Shown here one piece after another: positions 27,601 to 39,721 of a stretch of DNA of 64,000 nucleotides; position 1 is the stretch's first letter, and each line of letters begins with the position of its first letter. The stretch lies in NCBI GenBank assembly GCA_010015585.1, contig ML975164.1; one strand, written 5' to 3'. Position numbers and translations under genes: made by a program. Under the pieces are notes generated by a model. It was not told the origin of the DNA, searched no databases, and saw only the letters and a program-made list of their open reading frames with translations. This stretch comes from Eremomyces bilateralis CBS 781.70 (taxonomy: Eukaryota).

Positions 27601-28404
27601 ATGAACACCATCCGCCAAATCAAAGAACTCAACAAGCGCGAGCTCGAAGCCGGAATCACCCCCGAAGGCTCCTGGCACGCCGACTACCGCGACACTGCCT
27701 ACATCTTCATCGGTGGACTCCCTTTCGAGGTCTCCGAAGGTGACATCATCACCATCTTCTCACAATATGGCGAACCCGTCTTCATCAACTTGGTTCGTGA
27801 CAAGGAAACTGGCAAGAGCAAGGGTTTTGCGTTTCTGAAGTATGAAGATCAGAGAAGTACCGATTTGGCGGTGGATAATATGGGAGGTGCTGTGGTTCTC
27901 GGCCGAACGCTGAGAGTCGATCATACGAGGTATAAGAAGAAGGATGATGAGGAGTTGGCAGATAATACTATGGCTGCCACCCAGCCCGTGGACGAAGATG
28001 CCATGGATGTGGACGATGACAGGAAATCACGGCATAAGCACGGTCGTCGGGATTACTCTGAGGAGCGTTCACGTTCGCCAGACCGTCGGAGAATCAAAGA
28101 CAGGCACGGATCGAAAGAAGGTCGGAGATCGAGGGATAGAGGGAGGGATAGATGGAGGGATAAAGATCACCGGGACTCGGATCGCGAAGAGAGAAGACAT
28201 AAAAGCAGACGTATGAGGGACGGGTCCGGTGAAGAAGCGCCTCGCAGGTCCCATCGCCGACACCGGAGGGATGACAGCGAGGACCGAGATTCGAGAAGGG
28301 ATCGACGAGAGAGGGAGAGGTTACGGTCAGAGGAACGTGCAAGACGGCCGAGGCATGAAGAGGATGGCGAGAGTCATCGAGCACGAGATAAGACTCGCAG
28401 TTAA
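27601..28404 (+). CDS. IST3: U2 snRNP/RES complex RRM protein Ist3/Snu17 (RBMX2)
   Basis: SWHADYRDTAYIFIGGLP, SKGFAFLKYEDQRSTDLAVDN, Arg/Asp-rich tail. Confidence 0.95.
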   Translation: MNTIRQIKELNKRELEAGITPEGSWHADYRDTAYIFIGGLPFEVSEGDIITIFSQYGEPVFINLVRDKETGKSKGFAFLKYEDQRSTDLAVDNMGGAVVLGRTLRVDHTRYKKKDDEELADNTMAATQPVDEDAMDVDDDRKSRHKHGRRDYSEERSRSPDRRRIKDRHGSKEGRRSRDRGRDRWRDKDHRDSDREERRHKSRRMRDGSGEEAPRRSHRRHRRDDSEDRDSRRDRRERERLRSEERARRPRHEEDGESHRARDKTRS

Positions 28405-29090
28405 GGCTGCCTGGTTGTCAAACTCGTTCATCACAGACATTTATATGCCTAAACCCCACGATGGTACTGAGTACTGGCCCGTCGCCACCTACAAAGTCAG
28501 GTCCCCAGATTTGCCGAAACGCCTCAAATGTGCTGTCGCCCTCCATCAGGAATATTCATCCGGACAGTACCAAGATTTTGGACGTTATACGCAGCAAGAC
28601 ATGCCCTACATGGGCCACAATCTGCTGGTGCACTCTCTCAAACGGAGCTAAGTTCACCTCGACCGATTGGCTGTTTCATCAAGCAAAGCTAGCCACCGAC
28701 CCAAGACTCACTAGCAGAATTCGGCAATCTATCAGGCTCTCCATATACCACCGCGAAATAATGGAAGTACCTCACCTCATTTTCCCAGGTGTCAGTATGG
28801 TGGGCGAAGAGTGGTGTGCTTGGGATCCGGCTGGTAATGCTGTGCTGCTTCAATAAATTGAAAGCAGGTTCTACATTCCATTTAAATCTCAAGTGTACTT
28901 GGAGCATTTCTTCACACACTATCCTCGGGAAACAATGACTTTTCATACTGTCTGTCAAGACTTCGATCCTTATTTCCTGCAAAGCAGTTACATTCCATAC
29001 TCGGTCCTCACGCACCTGCCGTCCTCCCCTTTCGATGACTTTGGGCGCGCTCACCAATCCGTGGACATCTAATTTCTTCCTTTCCGACAG

Positions 29091-29730
29091 TTATCGGCTC
29101 AATTTACCCGAATAAGCCGCTACTGGGCCTCCTCCACCATCGTCTCTGCATATATCAGCAAGAATGCGCGGCAGCGGGTGGACGCCACTCTTGCAGTCCC
29201 CCAATAACAGATGGTCTATATTGCAGTCTTCCAACAACTTGATCCCCAAGTGGGTCCACGGCCGAGAAGCGTACGATGGTGGCCCCACAAGGGTGATGTT
29301 CACAAGAGAAATTGACCGCAGACTGCCTATGCTTCCCGAGAAAGGTCCCATGGTCCTCCGAATTGATCATAGGAATATATTAAGTTTCAATTCAAAGAGA
29401 GATGTTTGTAAACGTGTGGTAGGTGAGGCGAAGTCTTGGAAATCAGTAAATCCACAGATTCATAATTAACTAAGACGGAGTTCAACGTTTATTACTACAA
29501 CTATCCGATGACACGAGTTTTTCAGATAAGCCTCAGGAGAAATGCTTTCCTTAAATGTTTGAAACTTGAATTCCCTTGTGCGTTTGATCGAGATCCTTTT
29601 TTAGAACGGTGCATTTTAGAAATACCGGGAAATCAGTCACTGATTTCAATGACAAGCACTGATGGAAGCCTATCAAGACTAATCAGCCCAATATGTAGGA
29701 GCTGTGTTATGTTTGCCATTTCAGGGGTTT
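29091..29730 (-). pseudogene. Degraded paralog of the 30553-31809 F-box/LRR-like gene (C-terminal part)
   Basis: Colinear fragments in different frames match the neighbour: LLHIGL~RLHIGP, SFKHLRK~SFKQLET, DHGTFLGKH~DLLIFLRKH, SLRSISLVNITLV~SIRSVSLVGIQLV, LLEDCNIDHLLLGDC~LLEHFKIDRLLIAEC; interrupted by stops and frameshifts. Confidence 0.7.
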
Positions 29731-30552
29731 GCTTGATTTTCTAGATTCTTATTCCTACAGTTGAACGAGCTAGGGACTGGAGAACAAGCGTTCTCGCCAT
29801 GCCTTTGAAAGTCTGAGAACCAGTTACAGTAAGTGGCCAGATCGGTTGAGCCCAGTACAAGGATTAGGATAAGGGTGTATAGAATTGCAAAGATTGTCTT
29901 TTCATCGAAGCTAGCTTATAAGTAAATCATCAATTCGCCTTGCAGTGATCGCATTATATCTAAGGTCATAAGCCGGAACTCCTTGAGCCTCTTGTAATTC
30001 ATTAGAATAATAGTCACTGCCATAGTGCTGATCCTGGAGATCTCTATGGTCATAGTATATTTTACGTGGCTAGCATCATACTGAACAAGAAAAAGAATGT
30101 CTTAATATACCTACTGCAAGGATAAGTGCATTAATGGCTCCTTCATCACTATTTCCAGGATCCTGCCAGCATATGGATTTCGGCTAGCATATTCCCATAG
30201 GGTGCAGAAACCATTTTCACATCGCCATGGATATTGAGACTCAGGGGTAAAGCAGCAATGGCATCAAAAGCCGATGGTGGATAATATAATTCAATATTTG
30301 AATCGTTTGGGGTGGCATCGGCCGCACTCTTGATGACTGTTGTAAGATTTTCGGCCCTTGGGCCCTCAAACGAATGGTTTGGGTGTCCCGTATTGACACA
30401 AGTGATGTCAGATGTCACAAGAGAAATGACCTAGAATTAGAGGAATTGTTCATCGCGCGGCTCTAGCTTTTCGGATGGATGACTTTTTCATACCATGGAC
30501 TTTGAAAATGTTAATACCCATTTATTGACTCCCTCCGTCCTTCGCAATTGAA

Positions 30553-31809
30553 TTAGCTGCTAACAGCACCTCTGGCACGGAGAAGCTGATTCAATGCCTC
30601 CTCAATCTCCGTCTCCCCAGATGCATCTATATCCAGAGGCCCTTTGCCATCGTCGCCATGAGCCAGTGCGAAATCTCCGTGAACCATGCACTCTGCAATG
30701 AGTAGCCGATCAATTTTGAAGTGTTCCAACAGCGCAGTAGCCAGTCGACTCCAATTCTTGCCACGAATACTTCGATCCAAAGGATCTACAAGTTGTATGC
30801 CCACCAAGGAAACGGATCGGATACTGTTGACATGCTTTCGCAGGAAAATCAGCAGATCATCCACGTTTAGTGTCCACGAGTTCAATTCTAGCTCTTTCAA
30901 ATGGTTGAAGTTGACTTCCTTCGCAAGGAATTGAAATAACCGTTTCCCGACCTGTTTTCTCAAGTGCGTCGAGTCAGACAGTATCAATCTCGATATACCA
31001 GGCGCCGTGTTTAAGAACCCAGACACAAAATGCCAAACAAACAGACTAGGTCCCGACGAGGTATCGACACCCAACTCAAGAGTCTCCAACTGTTTGAAGG
31101 ATACCTCTCGGAGAATGTCGTAATAGAAGTTTGGCAGAGCTAGTTCAGTAAGAAGAATCCCGCCGATGTTGTTGCGCGGACCAATATGTAGCCTCTTGAC
31201 GGGTATTTCGCTCCACAAAATGGCAGATATTACTATCCGGTACACATATGAGGAGGCGCTTGAGTCATCGAGATACCCATAAATAACATTTTTACGAAGG
31301 CGTTTTAAGCCCCATGGGGTTGGGTCCATTTCAGGGAGATGATCAAATATCCGTTCGTAGTGAGGTCCAACGATTGCGATCTCAGTGCACCGTTTGAGCC
31401 GAGCAAATATCTCCCTCAGTAACATCTTATCCTCGTCATTGTCTCTCCGACACTTCTGTTCATTGATAAACTCTGTGGGTCCTTTTACATCGGAGTCATC
31501 GGAGTCATACAGATCAGTATGCTTAGTATGGACGCCACAACAAACGCCATCAGTAGCGAACGTAACGCTTTTGATAGCAGGGCCAAGTGCGGGATCTCGA
31601 GCGATGTCTAAAAGACATAGTAGGCTTTCTTCCGTAAGGAGATGATTTCGTCGAGAAAAATATTTATCTTTGAACGCCCGAAGGCTTGTGTCTCGTAAGA
31701 GAGAGCATGTTAATCGATAATCGAAGAGATTCTCGGGATAGTAACTATTTCCGATGACTTCTCCGATTTCTTCAAGGATCTCCACAGGGAGAGATACGAT
31801 GCGGGCCAT
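30553..31809 (-). CDS. F-box-like protein with a degenerate LRR (RNI-like) C-terminus
   Basis: Intronless 418-aa ORF; IVSLPVEILEEI...YRLTC F-box-like start and LxxLxL repeats (LETLELG, LKELELN). Confidence 0.75.
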   Translation of the reverse strand: MARIVSLPVEILEEIGEVIGNSYYPENLFDYRLTCSLLRDTSLRAFKDKYFSRRNHLLTEESLLCLLDIARDPALGPAIKSVTFATDGVCCGVHTKHTDLYDSDDSDVKGPTEFINEQKCRRDNDEDKMLLREIFARLKRCTEIAIVGPHYERIFDHLPEMDPTPWGLKRLRKNVIYGYLDDSSASSYVYRIVISAILWSEIPVKRLHIGPRNNIGGILLTELALPNFYYDILREVSFKQLETLELGVDTSSGPSLFVWHFVSGFLNTAPGISRLILSDSTHLRKQVGKRLFQFLAKEVNFNHLKELELNSWTLNVDDLLIFLRKHVNSIRSVSLVGIQLVDPLDRSIRGKNWSRLATALLEHFKIDRLLIAECMVHGDFALAHGDDGKGPLDIDASGETEIEEALNQLLRARGAVSS

Positions 31810-32401
31810 GGTGGCAGATAGCTGCGTTCGAAGGGATAAACTGTTGCTTTCTCGTTCAGTCTTTCCGATGTCATCTATATTCTATTAGCAATGCGTCATT
31901 GTTAAGTTCTCAGTGATACTTACTAATACCAGGAACAGTCCCAGTGAGTGTTGTCCCACTTCCCACCCACCAGAGGTACTAAGGCAACCTTTTGTTGAGT
32001 AGTCCAGACTCCAGAGGTGGAGTGGTGGACCAAGGCAAAAGGAAGTTTGATAGGAATATGGGGGGGGTAGTGTGGCGTGTGTAGCTGGCAGGTTGGGACG
32101 TTGGGTGGCCATTTGGGCACGTGTCCCCGACATGATACCCACATTTATACACATCCCAAGGCTCTCAACTTCAATCAAACTTTACGCATACAAGAATGAG
32201 CACAGGCGGTCCTGATTCCCGTTCGCGACCTATCAGTTGCATTGGGAGATCTACAGAATATCTTCTGGTAAGACTATTTATATTTAACATGCCCGTTTAG
32301 GATATCATGTGATGGTTGCAACTCCAGCAGTCTTTGACCATGGACAAATTACTAATTGAAGCATAGAAGACTACAGTAGGAGACACCTCTTCGTTCTGTC
32401 T

Positions 32402-34889
32402 TCAATGAATTTGGTTCCATCCCTGCTGTCCATTCAACTCGTGTACTGAATTCACCATGTTTGGTGCATGACCGGTTTCCATTTCCGGTAGTTCTGCCAC
32501 CAGGGTATTCTCCAGTTGGAATTTCTGTGGCGTGTTGCCCATCCCCCAGCCGTCATCGAATTGCTGGGCCGGAGGAATTGTTTCTGGCGGATTTGTTGCT
32601 TGCCATTCCACTTTGATGGGGTCTCCGGTCGAATGCATCTTCCCTTGGAACCATAGCTCAAACCGAATGTCCGCTGTAGAAGACTTTGTCAGTGTTGCCC
32701 GTCAATATCGCTAGGGTCTTCGTACCAGGACCAAGAACGACTCGAATGGAGAATTCAACTCGATAATATTTGGGTCCATTGTTCCAGAAGTGCCTGTTCT
32801 TGAGCTTGAAACTGGTCAAGTCGAGTGAGGACAAGTCCGACTGCACCTTACAAAGTGTCGTGCAATCTATTGGATTTAACTTCGGCGCTCGTATAGGTGA
32901 GGAGCATACATACTAGGGTCGATTTGAAAAGGGAGTATTTCTTTCGCTACGTTTGATGCGATCACGTCTGTGGGAAATATTCGAGTGGGATCCCCTGGTG
33001 GGACTTTTCGCCGAAAGTTGTGAATGATGGGCCTATCTATGGACACCGGATCGCCCTGTTTTCCCACATGGTGAGTGGCCATGCACATGGTCTTGAGTTT
33101 TTTCCACTTACCTTTTTGATAAACCACTCTACTGTATCATGTAAGTATAGCTTGTCGTCAAGCGCATCACGCACTGTCTGCCTATTATGATGCTGTGGAT
33201 TTTCGGGATTGTACAAGACCTTGCATTTCTGTTCGACTTATCAACATTCATCATGGGGAAGACGGCACACAGCTTACGGTTCCGTAGGACGCCCTACAGC
33301 ATCTCCAACCGAGAATGGACTTTCCGGAACTGAGTTTCGCAATGCGATCTGCCACGAGGCCCTTGCACACGGCCAGCTGAGGATCAGGTGCTACCCTCAC
33401 TTGCATTTGCCGGGCAGTATTCAGATGTGGAGAGCCATCGCCAGCGGCATATCGCTCTCTCAGCTTCCTTTGGACGTATAGAGAGTTGCCCAACCCCCCA
33501 GAGAGGACCATATGAGCCTAGGCGGTTAGAAAATTTCCCTTTGTTTTCAAGGGCTTTAACTCACTATTCGCTCGCTTGGATCTTTTTGCTGCATCCGCTG
33601 AATCTGCGTGTCGATGAGTTGGAACAATTTTTTAATCTGCTCTGGTGTCAGACTTTCATTGTATACAGTCTACTCGTCCACCTACCTGTGGATCAAATAG
33701 TGCTTGAAGCTCCACTCTGCCGTCTTTTAGTCTACGGTCTTGTTTCGAACACTCAAGTCTATACCTACATCTTGAACTGCATCTCTCCATTGAAGATACC
33801 AACTAGTCCATTGCTGTATGCATAGCTAAGTTTGGGAATGGGGATGGAGAAGACTTCTGCATCGTCTGCTGAGCCATAGTCGCATTTCGCGTTTTGGAAC
33901 TCCTTGGATTTCATCATCTCCCACGCCGTTTCTTCTATGTCAATGTTTAGTGGACCAGTTTGGTTCGCCATCTTGAGTCTTGCCTCGGCTTCCTTCTCAA
34001 ACTGGGCATCGATGAAGGTCGAGCCTACCGTTGAACCGAAGACGACATCAAGTTGTCGAAGGGATAAGCAGCCGCTGGTAACGTCCGTCACACGCAGAAC
34101 TGAGAGATCGGTTGTTCCACCGCCAACATCGCAGACGAGGACAACATCTCCCTCGGAAAAGATTCCCGACGCCTCCTGAGACGTGTGGACAGCGGCCGCT
34201 TCAGCTTCAGTCAACCCGATGGTTGTGGTGTGAGAAGGGTATTTTCCAAAGCCTGCGAGACTAGTAATCGAGCGAAATCTCTCGACGGTTGCTGGTTGCC
34301 ATGTCGTTGGAACGCTAAAATGGAATTCTACGATTGCATCTTCCCATCGTTTGCGAGCAACTTCCGATGAGAGTTTTGCCTCAATGTGTTGGTTGAGACA
34401 GCGCAAATAATCGGTATACCTACATATCAGGTTATTGGTGACTATCCTTGCTCTGTATCTTTGCTTTACCATTTTTCCACTTCTTCGATTGACTTTGCTG
34501 CGAATTCAGGTGCCTTTGCTTGTGCTTTCCAGAGTTTCTCCTCGTCAAGCCAGACTTTGAACCATTCCTTATAGTCCTTATCTTGCGCAGTCATTTCAGA
34601 GATATTCTCTGACAGAAATCCCCAACTTGAAGGCTGAGGCCTGTCGCGAGGATACACCAGAAGCGTTGGAACTTTGTTCTCGTTTGCTTGCGATCGTCCT
34701 GGCCAACGCTGGATCCATCTCACCGTTTTGGAGCCAATGGACAAGTTGGCGTAAGCTACACCAGTGCACTGAGTATTCCATTGTGTCAGCGATGCGAAAC
34801 CTCTTCCAAATTATGACGAGAAAACTTAATACCGTCATGCCAAAGTCCACTGCCACCACAACATCAGGCCTCGGGGTGTTTGAATTCAT
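32402..34889 (-). CDS. Atypical Hsp70/actin-fold ATPase (HSPA12-like), about 10 exons
   Basis: VAVDFGMT|CTGVAY, VPTLLVY, FSVPTTW, LTEAEAAA, VCDVGGGTTDLS, VLSGGLGNSLY, RASYGT; GT-AG introns such as 34769-34832, 34420-34469, 33717-33768, 33637-33685, 33518-33564. Confidence 0.88.
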
Positions 34890-35465
34890 CCTGCGGAAAT
34901 GAAATCTAGAGGTCAAATCCCTCCGGAGTTACCTGCTCGGGATTATCTCAAAGATCAGAAATCAAAACAAAACACGATCGTGTCTCTTGTTAGCCTTGTT
35001 GTGGTTTTTCGAACAAGTCAACTCCCATATGCGCTGCACCACATCAAGAAGTGTGGCTCTCGTTACCGGGCTCCGAACTCTAAATCTAGCCTTGCGTTGC
35101 GTTCATTTTTTCTGCAGCCGCAAGTCCTCTCGACCAGTCTGCCTACATTCCTTTTTGCCGTTCAACCGGAATTGGATCCACACCGCTTAAGAGCCTTGTG
35201 CCCAAGGGTATGCCAAGCGTGCCACCCAACATCTGGTGCATGAGGCCGATCGCCTGGAGCCCAATGCATCACATTGCAGGACTCTCTGGAAAGGGGGACT
35301 GGGGGATACCGCATCGAATCCTAGAAGCTAGATCAGCTCCCCTATGAATTCGGTTGCAGAGCCGTTTAAATATACAGAACAGTCCAGACTGAGGTATTTT
35401 TTATAACAACTCCATATACCAAAGTCAAAGTCAACCCGGAGCCTGGTGGTTTGCTAGAAACAAAC

Positions 35466-36896
35466 ATGTCTCTCGCTTCAGCTTTTCCTATGCCTTCTGA
35501 CTGCAGCGACATTGATGCGAAGCAAAGGAATAGTACACTCCTCTGCAGTTGCGGTGGCGGCATCCAGGAGGATTCAACGGGTTGTGTGTGTCTTGATAAA
35601 GCCTTAATCTGGGACAAAAGCAGCTGCGTTTCGCCAGCAGCCATCTCGACCTCACTCCAGATATCTACTACGAATACTCTACCGACAAGCACAATCAGTT
35701 CTTCACCGCAACCAGCAATCACGACCTCATTCCAAACATTTAGCTCGAATACCCTACCGACACACACAATCAGTTCTTCACCGCAACCATCCAACTCGAC
35801 CTCACACGAGGCATCTAATGTGAATACTCTACCAACAAGCTCCACCAGCTCTTCACCCACATCCGATAACCTACCAATTCCGAAAGGGCGTAGCAACGGA
35901 GCAATTGCTGGTATTGCTGTCGCATGTTTGCTCGCTGGAGCAGTCATTACGTGCCTATTAGCATTTGTATGGTTCCGCACTCAAGATCGATCGAAGAAAA
36001 GAGCTGGAGATGGAAATACCGGGCAGTATGATCCCGGAGAAGCATATATAAAGAACGGGAAGCTCATGGGAAGCTCATATAAGGCTCCTGCGGTTGCTGT
36101 CGTGGAGAATTATCTCCCTCAACCGGCTGAAGATGATGCAGTCACTGGAGAATTCTCTAAACTTCGAGACCGAATCAAGAACCATGTCCAGAGTTATTAT
36201 CACACTGCCGAGGTCGATAGAGACATGATTGGAACCGCTGCTCTCCATCCTATCGCAGCGGCCACCAAGATTCATGTCATCAAGCTTAGAGAACTTCTTC
36301 TGAATCCTACCACGCGACACCATGTCTTACGGCTCTACATAGGTTGCCTGTGTCTTTCCAGAGCAGCATTAGATTCGGACCCGAAGGGGTCGTTTCTGCC
36401 GCAAGAAGTTGCTACCTGCATATCTTCAATGGCGTCTTTCCCTGGTTCAGGTCAGTCAGAATTGCCCCCACATATCAGATCTCTAACTTCTGACCTAACT
36501 TTAGCTCAAACAGCCTTGTTCAGCAAATGGAAGGCCATTTCTGGTGTCTTGCTGCAGCCTCAATACGGCCAAAACATTGAGAATGATCCCCGAAACGCTA
36601 GCATTCGCAAGGCTATGGACGAGGCCGATCTAATCCTACAACTGTTTGCAGCGAATCCAGCGGAGGAGAAACGGGTACGAAACTTGGAGGAGATCATGCG
36701 TCGCGCCACTCGCTTCGCATTTCTTCTTTTCTGCCAACCTAGCACCTGGAAGTTCCAATGGGATAGAGTTGTTCCGGATGGGCTGGTCGTGTTTCCAGAC
36801 CTCCTGCAGTTGACAAACGATGAGGCAGAGTTGATGTTGCCACCAAGAGTTTTCTGCAAAAGTGAAGTGGTTCGAGGTCTTCATATTGACGGCTGA
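35466..36896 (+). CDS. Single-pass membrane protein: Cys-rich N-terminus, Ser/Thr stalk, TM helix, uncharacterised cytoplasmic domain
   Basis: CSCGGG..GCVC..SSC; S/T repeats; TM GAIAGIAVACLLAGAVITCLLAFVWF followed by a basic stop-transfer; probable in-frame intron 36451-36504. Start uncertain, no clear signal peptide. Confidence 0.8.
   Translation: MSLASAFPMPSDCSDIDAKQRNSTLLCSCGGGIQEDSTGCVCLDKALIWDKSSCVSPAAISTSLQISTTNTLPTSTISSSPQPAITTSFQTFSSNTLPTHTISSSPQPSNSTSHEASNVNTLPTSSTSSSPTSDNLPIPKGRSNGAIAGIAVACLLAGAVITCLLAFVWFRTQDRSKKRAGDGNTGQYDPGEAYIKNGKLMGSSYKAPAVAVVENYLPQPAEDDAVTGEFSKLRDRIKNHVQSYYHTAEVDRDMIGTAALHPIAAATKIHVIKLRELLLNPTTRHHVLRLYIGCLCLSRAALDSDPKGSFLPQEVATCISSMASFPGSGQSELPPHIRSLTSDLTLAQTALFSKWKAISGVLLQPQYGQNIENDPRNASIRKAMDEADLILQLFAANPAEEKRVRNLEEIMRRATRFAFLLFCQPSTWKFQWDRVVPDGLVVFPDLLQLTNDEAELMLPPRVFCKSEVVRGLHIDG
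35671..35858 (+). repeat. Three imperfect 75-bp-period coding repeats (NTLPT..ISSSPQP)
   Basis: gaatactctaccgaca...tcttcaccgcaacca-like units begin at 35671, 35746 and 35821. Confidence 0.85.
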
Positions 36897-37656
36897 TTTG
36901 CTGAGGCTCTATGCATATTGGTTCAACGTTCCGTATTCAAAAGAAATATGCAGAAGTCAGTGTCTGTGTGTGGCACCCCTGCTCCATGGCTTGCAGCAAG
37001 GCTCTCGTACCCAGCCTTGGACACCATGATCTCTTTCATATCTTTTATCTTGACTAATTTTGGAATCTATCAACTCAGGATTAGGTCTTCGAATTATCTA
37101 CCTAAGTGAAGCCTCTCATTTCCCGCATGACTAGCTAGCCATGCTCGCTTCGTGAGATTTGAGATCTGAAGTGGACACAACTCGACGAGGCTGTGTGCAC
37201 GGTTAGGTCTAAAAGTAAGTGAAGCAAGGGATCTGCAGCCGGCCTAACAGTGGACAACTGCGCGTCTCTCCTGCAGTCTGATTCCATCATTTTTCGGAGA
37301 TGTTACGTTACTCAGATCAATATGTTCCCACCAAGAGCCAAAGCGGTCAAAGATGCCAGGCTTCTACTGAAAGGCAAGTAAGTAGAAAGTGCATCCCGAG
37401 ATACGTTAATGCATACAATGGTGTTGACATTGTCATTGTAGACTGAAGCTCCTTGGGCGCAAATCTTCTATACAGCATTGATGGCTATCGTAAGGGACTG
37501 GTGCAACTGCATGCTTAACAGAAGGACCTATGAAATAGTCAATATATATATTCAACTCTGATCTAATCCAACCTTCCTCCAATATTCGATCCAATCCATC
37601 CATTCTCGTGCAATATGGATCTACGGCAGCGCTCAACCTTTTCAAGGAATATCGGC

Positions 37657-38967
37657 TCAGAACATTTCCTGGTCTGCTACAGCGGCATCGAACATGGCTT
37701 TCTTCCTCCGGCGACGTTCTAAGCCCGCTGATAGAGGAGCCATAGGCGCGGTTCCTTCAGGTATCTGGGGGTTTATGGTGTCTGCTCGACCAGATGTGGT
37801 TCCCGCGAACGGATAAAGCATAGCTGGACTTGTCGAGACATTTTGTTCCAAAGATTGCTGACTTCGGTGTTCTGGAAATGAGCCCGAAGGAGTAGTTGGT
37901 TGGAGGACTTCTTTGAAACTGTTATTTGTGGCAAATATGTCTCCTGCTCCATACAATGCATCCCATTCCTGAGAGAACGAGAGATGAGGATGGCTCCTCC
38001 TTGAATCCACCGACTTATCTCCGATGTAACTTTGAGGTCCCTCACTATCCACCACACTAAACTGGGAAGGAATGGAGCCTGGGGCGGAGAAGTTCGTGTG
38101 GTTAGGTGAAAAGGTAGAGGAAGAACATGTCGACGGCGGGCTTGTGGGCCGTAGGTCAGAGGTGCATGGCGAAAGCGCAGGGTGATCTGAAATCGCTTCC
38201 GAGTGTCTGGATGAAACGGAGGCACGATACTCCGGTGAAAGGTACCCTCCAAGTGGGGATGGTACTACTGATGCTGAGCTGGAAACTTCGGGATGTGGAC
38301 CTGAGTACTGATGGAACATTCTTTCAGTTGTTTGAACTGCTTGCGAGACTCTCGTATAGTCCCCTGAAGCCTGGTCCTCTTTTTCATCGGAGAGATCAAT
38401 CAGATTCTGAGATTCCCCTTTTCTCATGATCTTCCTCCGCGCGAAATGGCCTCGGGGATTCAAATCGCCTTGAAACACTACCTCGTATGGTGGAGGTGTC
38501 GCGTCGAAAGCTCCAGCACCGCCGAGCATTTCTCTTGACTCAACCTGCACCATCGTCTCTAGAGCAGACAGCATAGATTGGTGACACGTACTCAGTCGAG
38601 TTTCCCTCGTCACAAACTTTTCGCGATGGCTCAGCACCCACTGCAGTCGATATTTGAAGTCTACCGCCCCATCGCGCTCTCGATCCGCACGAGCATTCTC
38701 GGTATACCGGCCGATGTCGGCGATTGCATTCTCGACATCGCTGATTGTCGCATCGATCCAATCTCGTCGATTTGGGAGGATGTCGAGATGGGATTTAACG
38801 ACGGGTAAGGCGCGCAATCTTCTGGCTTCTTCGTAGTCACGTCGAACGCCTGATACTAATTTGACAAAAACTAGGTTTTCGGAGGCGACCTCGTTTAGCT
38901 GAATGATGAATTCGACAAACTTGAAGGTGAAGTTGACACTGCTAAAGATGGCGCCTGGGATTGACAT
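37657..38967 (-). CDS. Protein with an N-terminal helical-bundle domain (HeLo-like/SesA-like) and a disordered Ser/Pro-rich tail
   Basis: Intronless ORF; hydrophobic first helix MSIPGAIFSSVNFTFKFVEFI, FKYRLQWVL motif and RLSTCHQSMLSAL resemble fungal N-terminal 4-helix domains; PPPY motif follows. Confidence 0.65.
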   Translation of the reverse strand: MSIPGAIFSSVNFTFKFVEFIIQLNEVASENLVFVKLVSGVRRDYEEARRLRALPVVKSHLDILPNRRDWIDATISDVENAIADIGRYTENARADRERDGAVDFKYRLQWVLSHREKFVTRETRLSTCHQSMLSALETMVQVESREMLGGAGAFDATPPPYEVVFQGDLNPRGHFARRKIMRKGESQNLIDLSDEKEDQASGDYTRVSQAVQTTERMFHQYSGPHPEVSSSASVVPSPLGGYLSPEYRASVSSRHSEAISDHPALSPCTSDLRPTSPPSTCSSSTFSPNHTNFSAPGSIPSQFSVVDSEGPQSYIGDKSVDSRRSHPHLSFSQEWDALYGAGDIFATNNSFKEVLQPTTPSGSFPEHRSQQSLEQNVSTSPAMLYPFAGTTSGRADTINPQIPEGTAPMAPLSAGLERRRRKKAMFDAAVADQEMF

Positions 38968-39721
38968 GTCGACTTCTCCCAATAGAGAGAAATGAGCCTC
39001 GATCGAAAAGCGCTCTGGACTGGCAAAATGAAACGAGGAAGGCTGCCAAAGAGTGGATACTAGAGACCGAAAGTCGATGAATCTCGTCGCATATCAGGAG
39101 TGCATATGGAGGAGACCCTCACTGTGAAGGCCAGAACTGAAGTAAACAATCTGCTCATACCAAGGCTACGAAGTGGCGTCGAATCACAACGCAAATAGAC
39201 GTCACATAATTAGCACAAGGCTGGGTAGGAAATGGAAGGGAAAGAAAGCATAGCCCTGCCTTGCCAACATGACCTCACCCCTTAGACTTTCCCCCAATCC
39301 AATTAACCTTCAGCAGTTGTATAAATATCGACAAACCTTAAGAACAGAGCACAGAGAGCGCGGAGTGGGAGAGCGATCCGTTAAGGGACTGGACTGGACG
39401 TTGGGTAACATCTAAAAAAACAGAGAACGAACCAGCTACGGAGCCATGCATAGCCTTTGACAGCCATGGTAAATCTGAAAATAGCCTGGAGCTTTGGTAA
39501 GAAGTTCTGGCATTCGACGACAGAGAACCAAAAGTTGGAAATCTAAAAACATTGGACGGATGATACTCACCGTAACAAACCCCGGCTCTATGCAATCAAA
39601 GCCGCACAGAATTTGAACGTCGTAGGTGATGAATACCTCGCTAGCTTGGCCATTTCGTGACTTAGTAGATACTGATAAAAACCCCAAAAAAATTTGCGGA
39701 CTGAAAATATACAAAAAGAAA

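Noticed and set aside
28461..29057. Short ORFs after IST3, and ORF 30149-30418
   Set aside because: No recognisable domain or splice structure; may be gene relics but cannot be supported.
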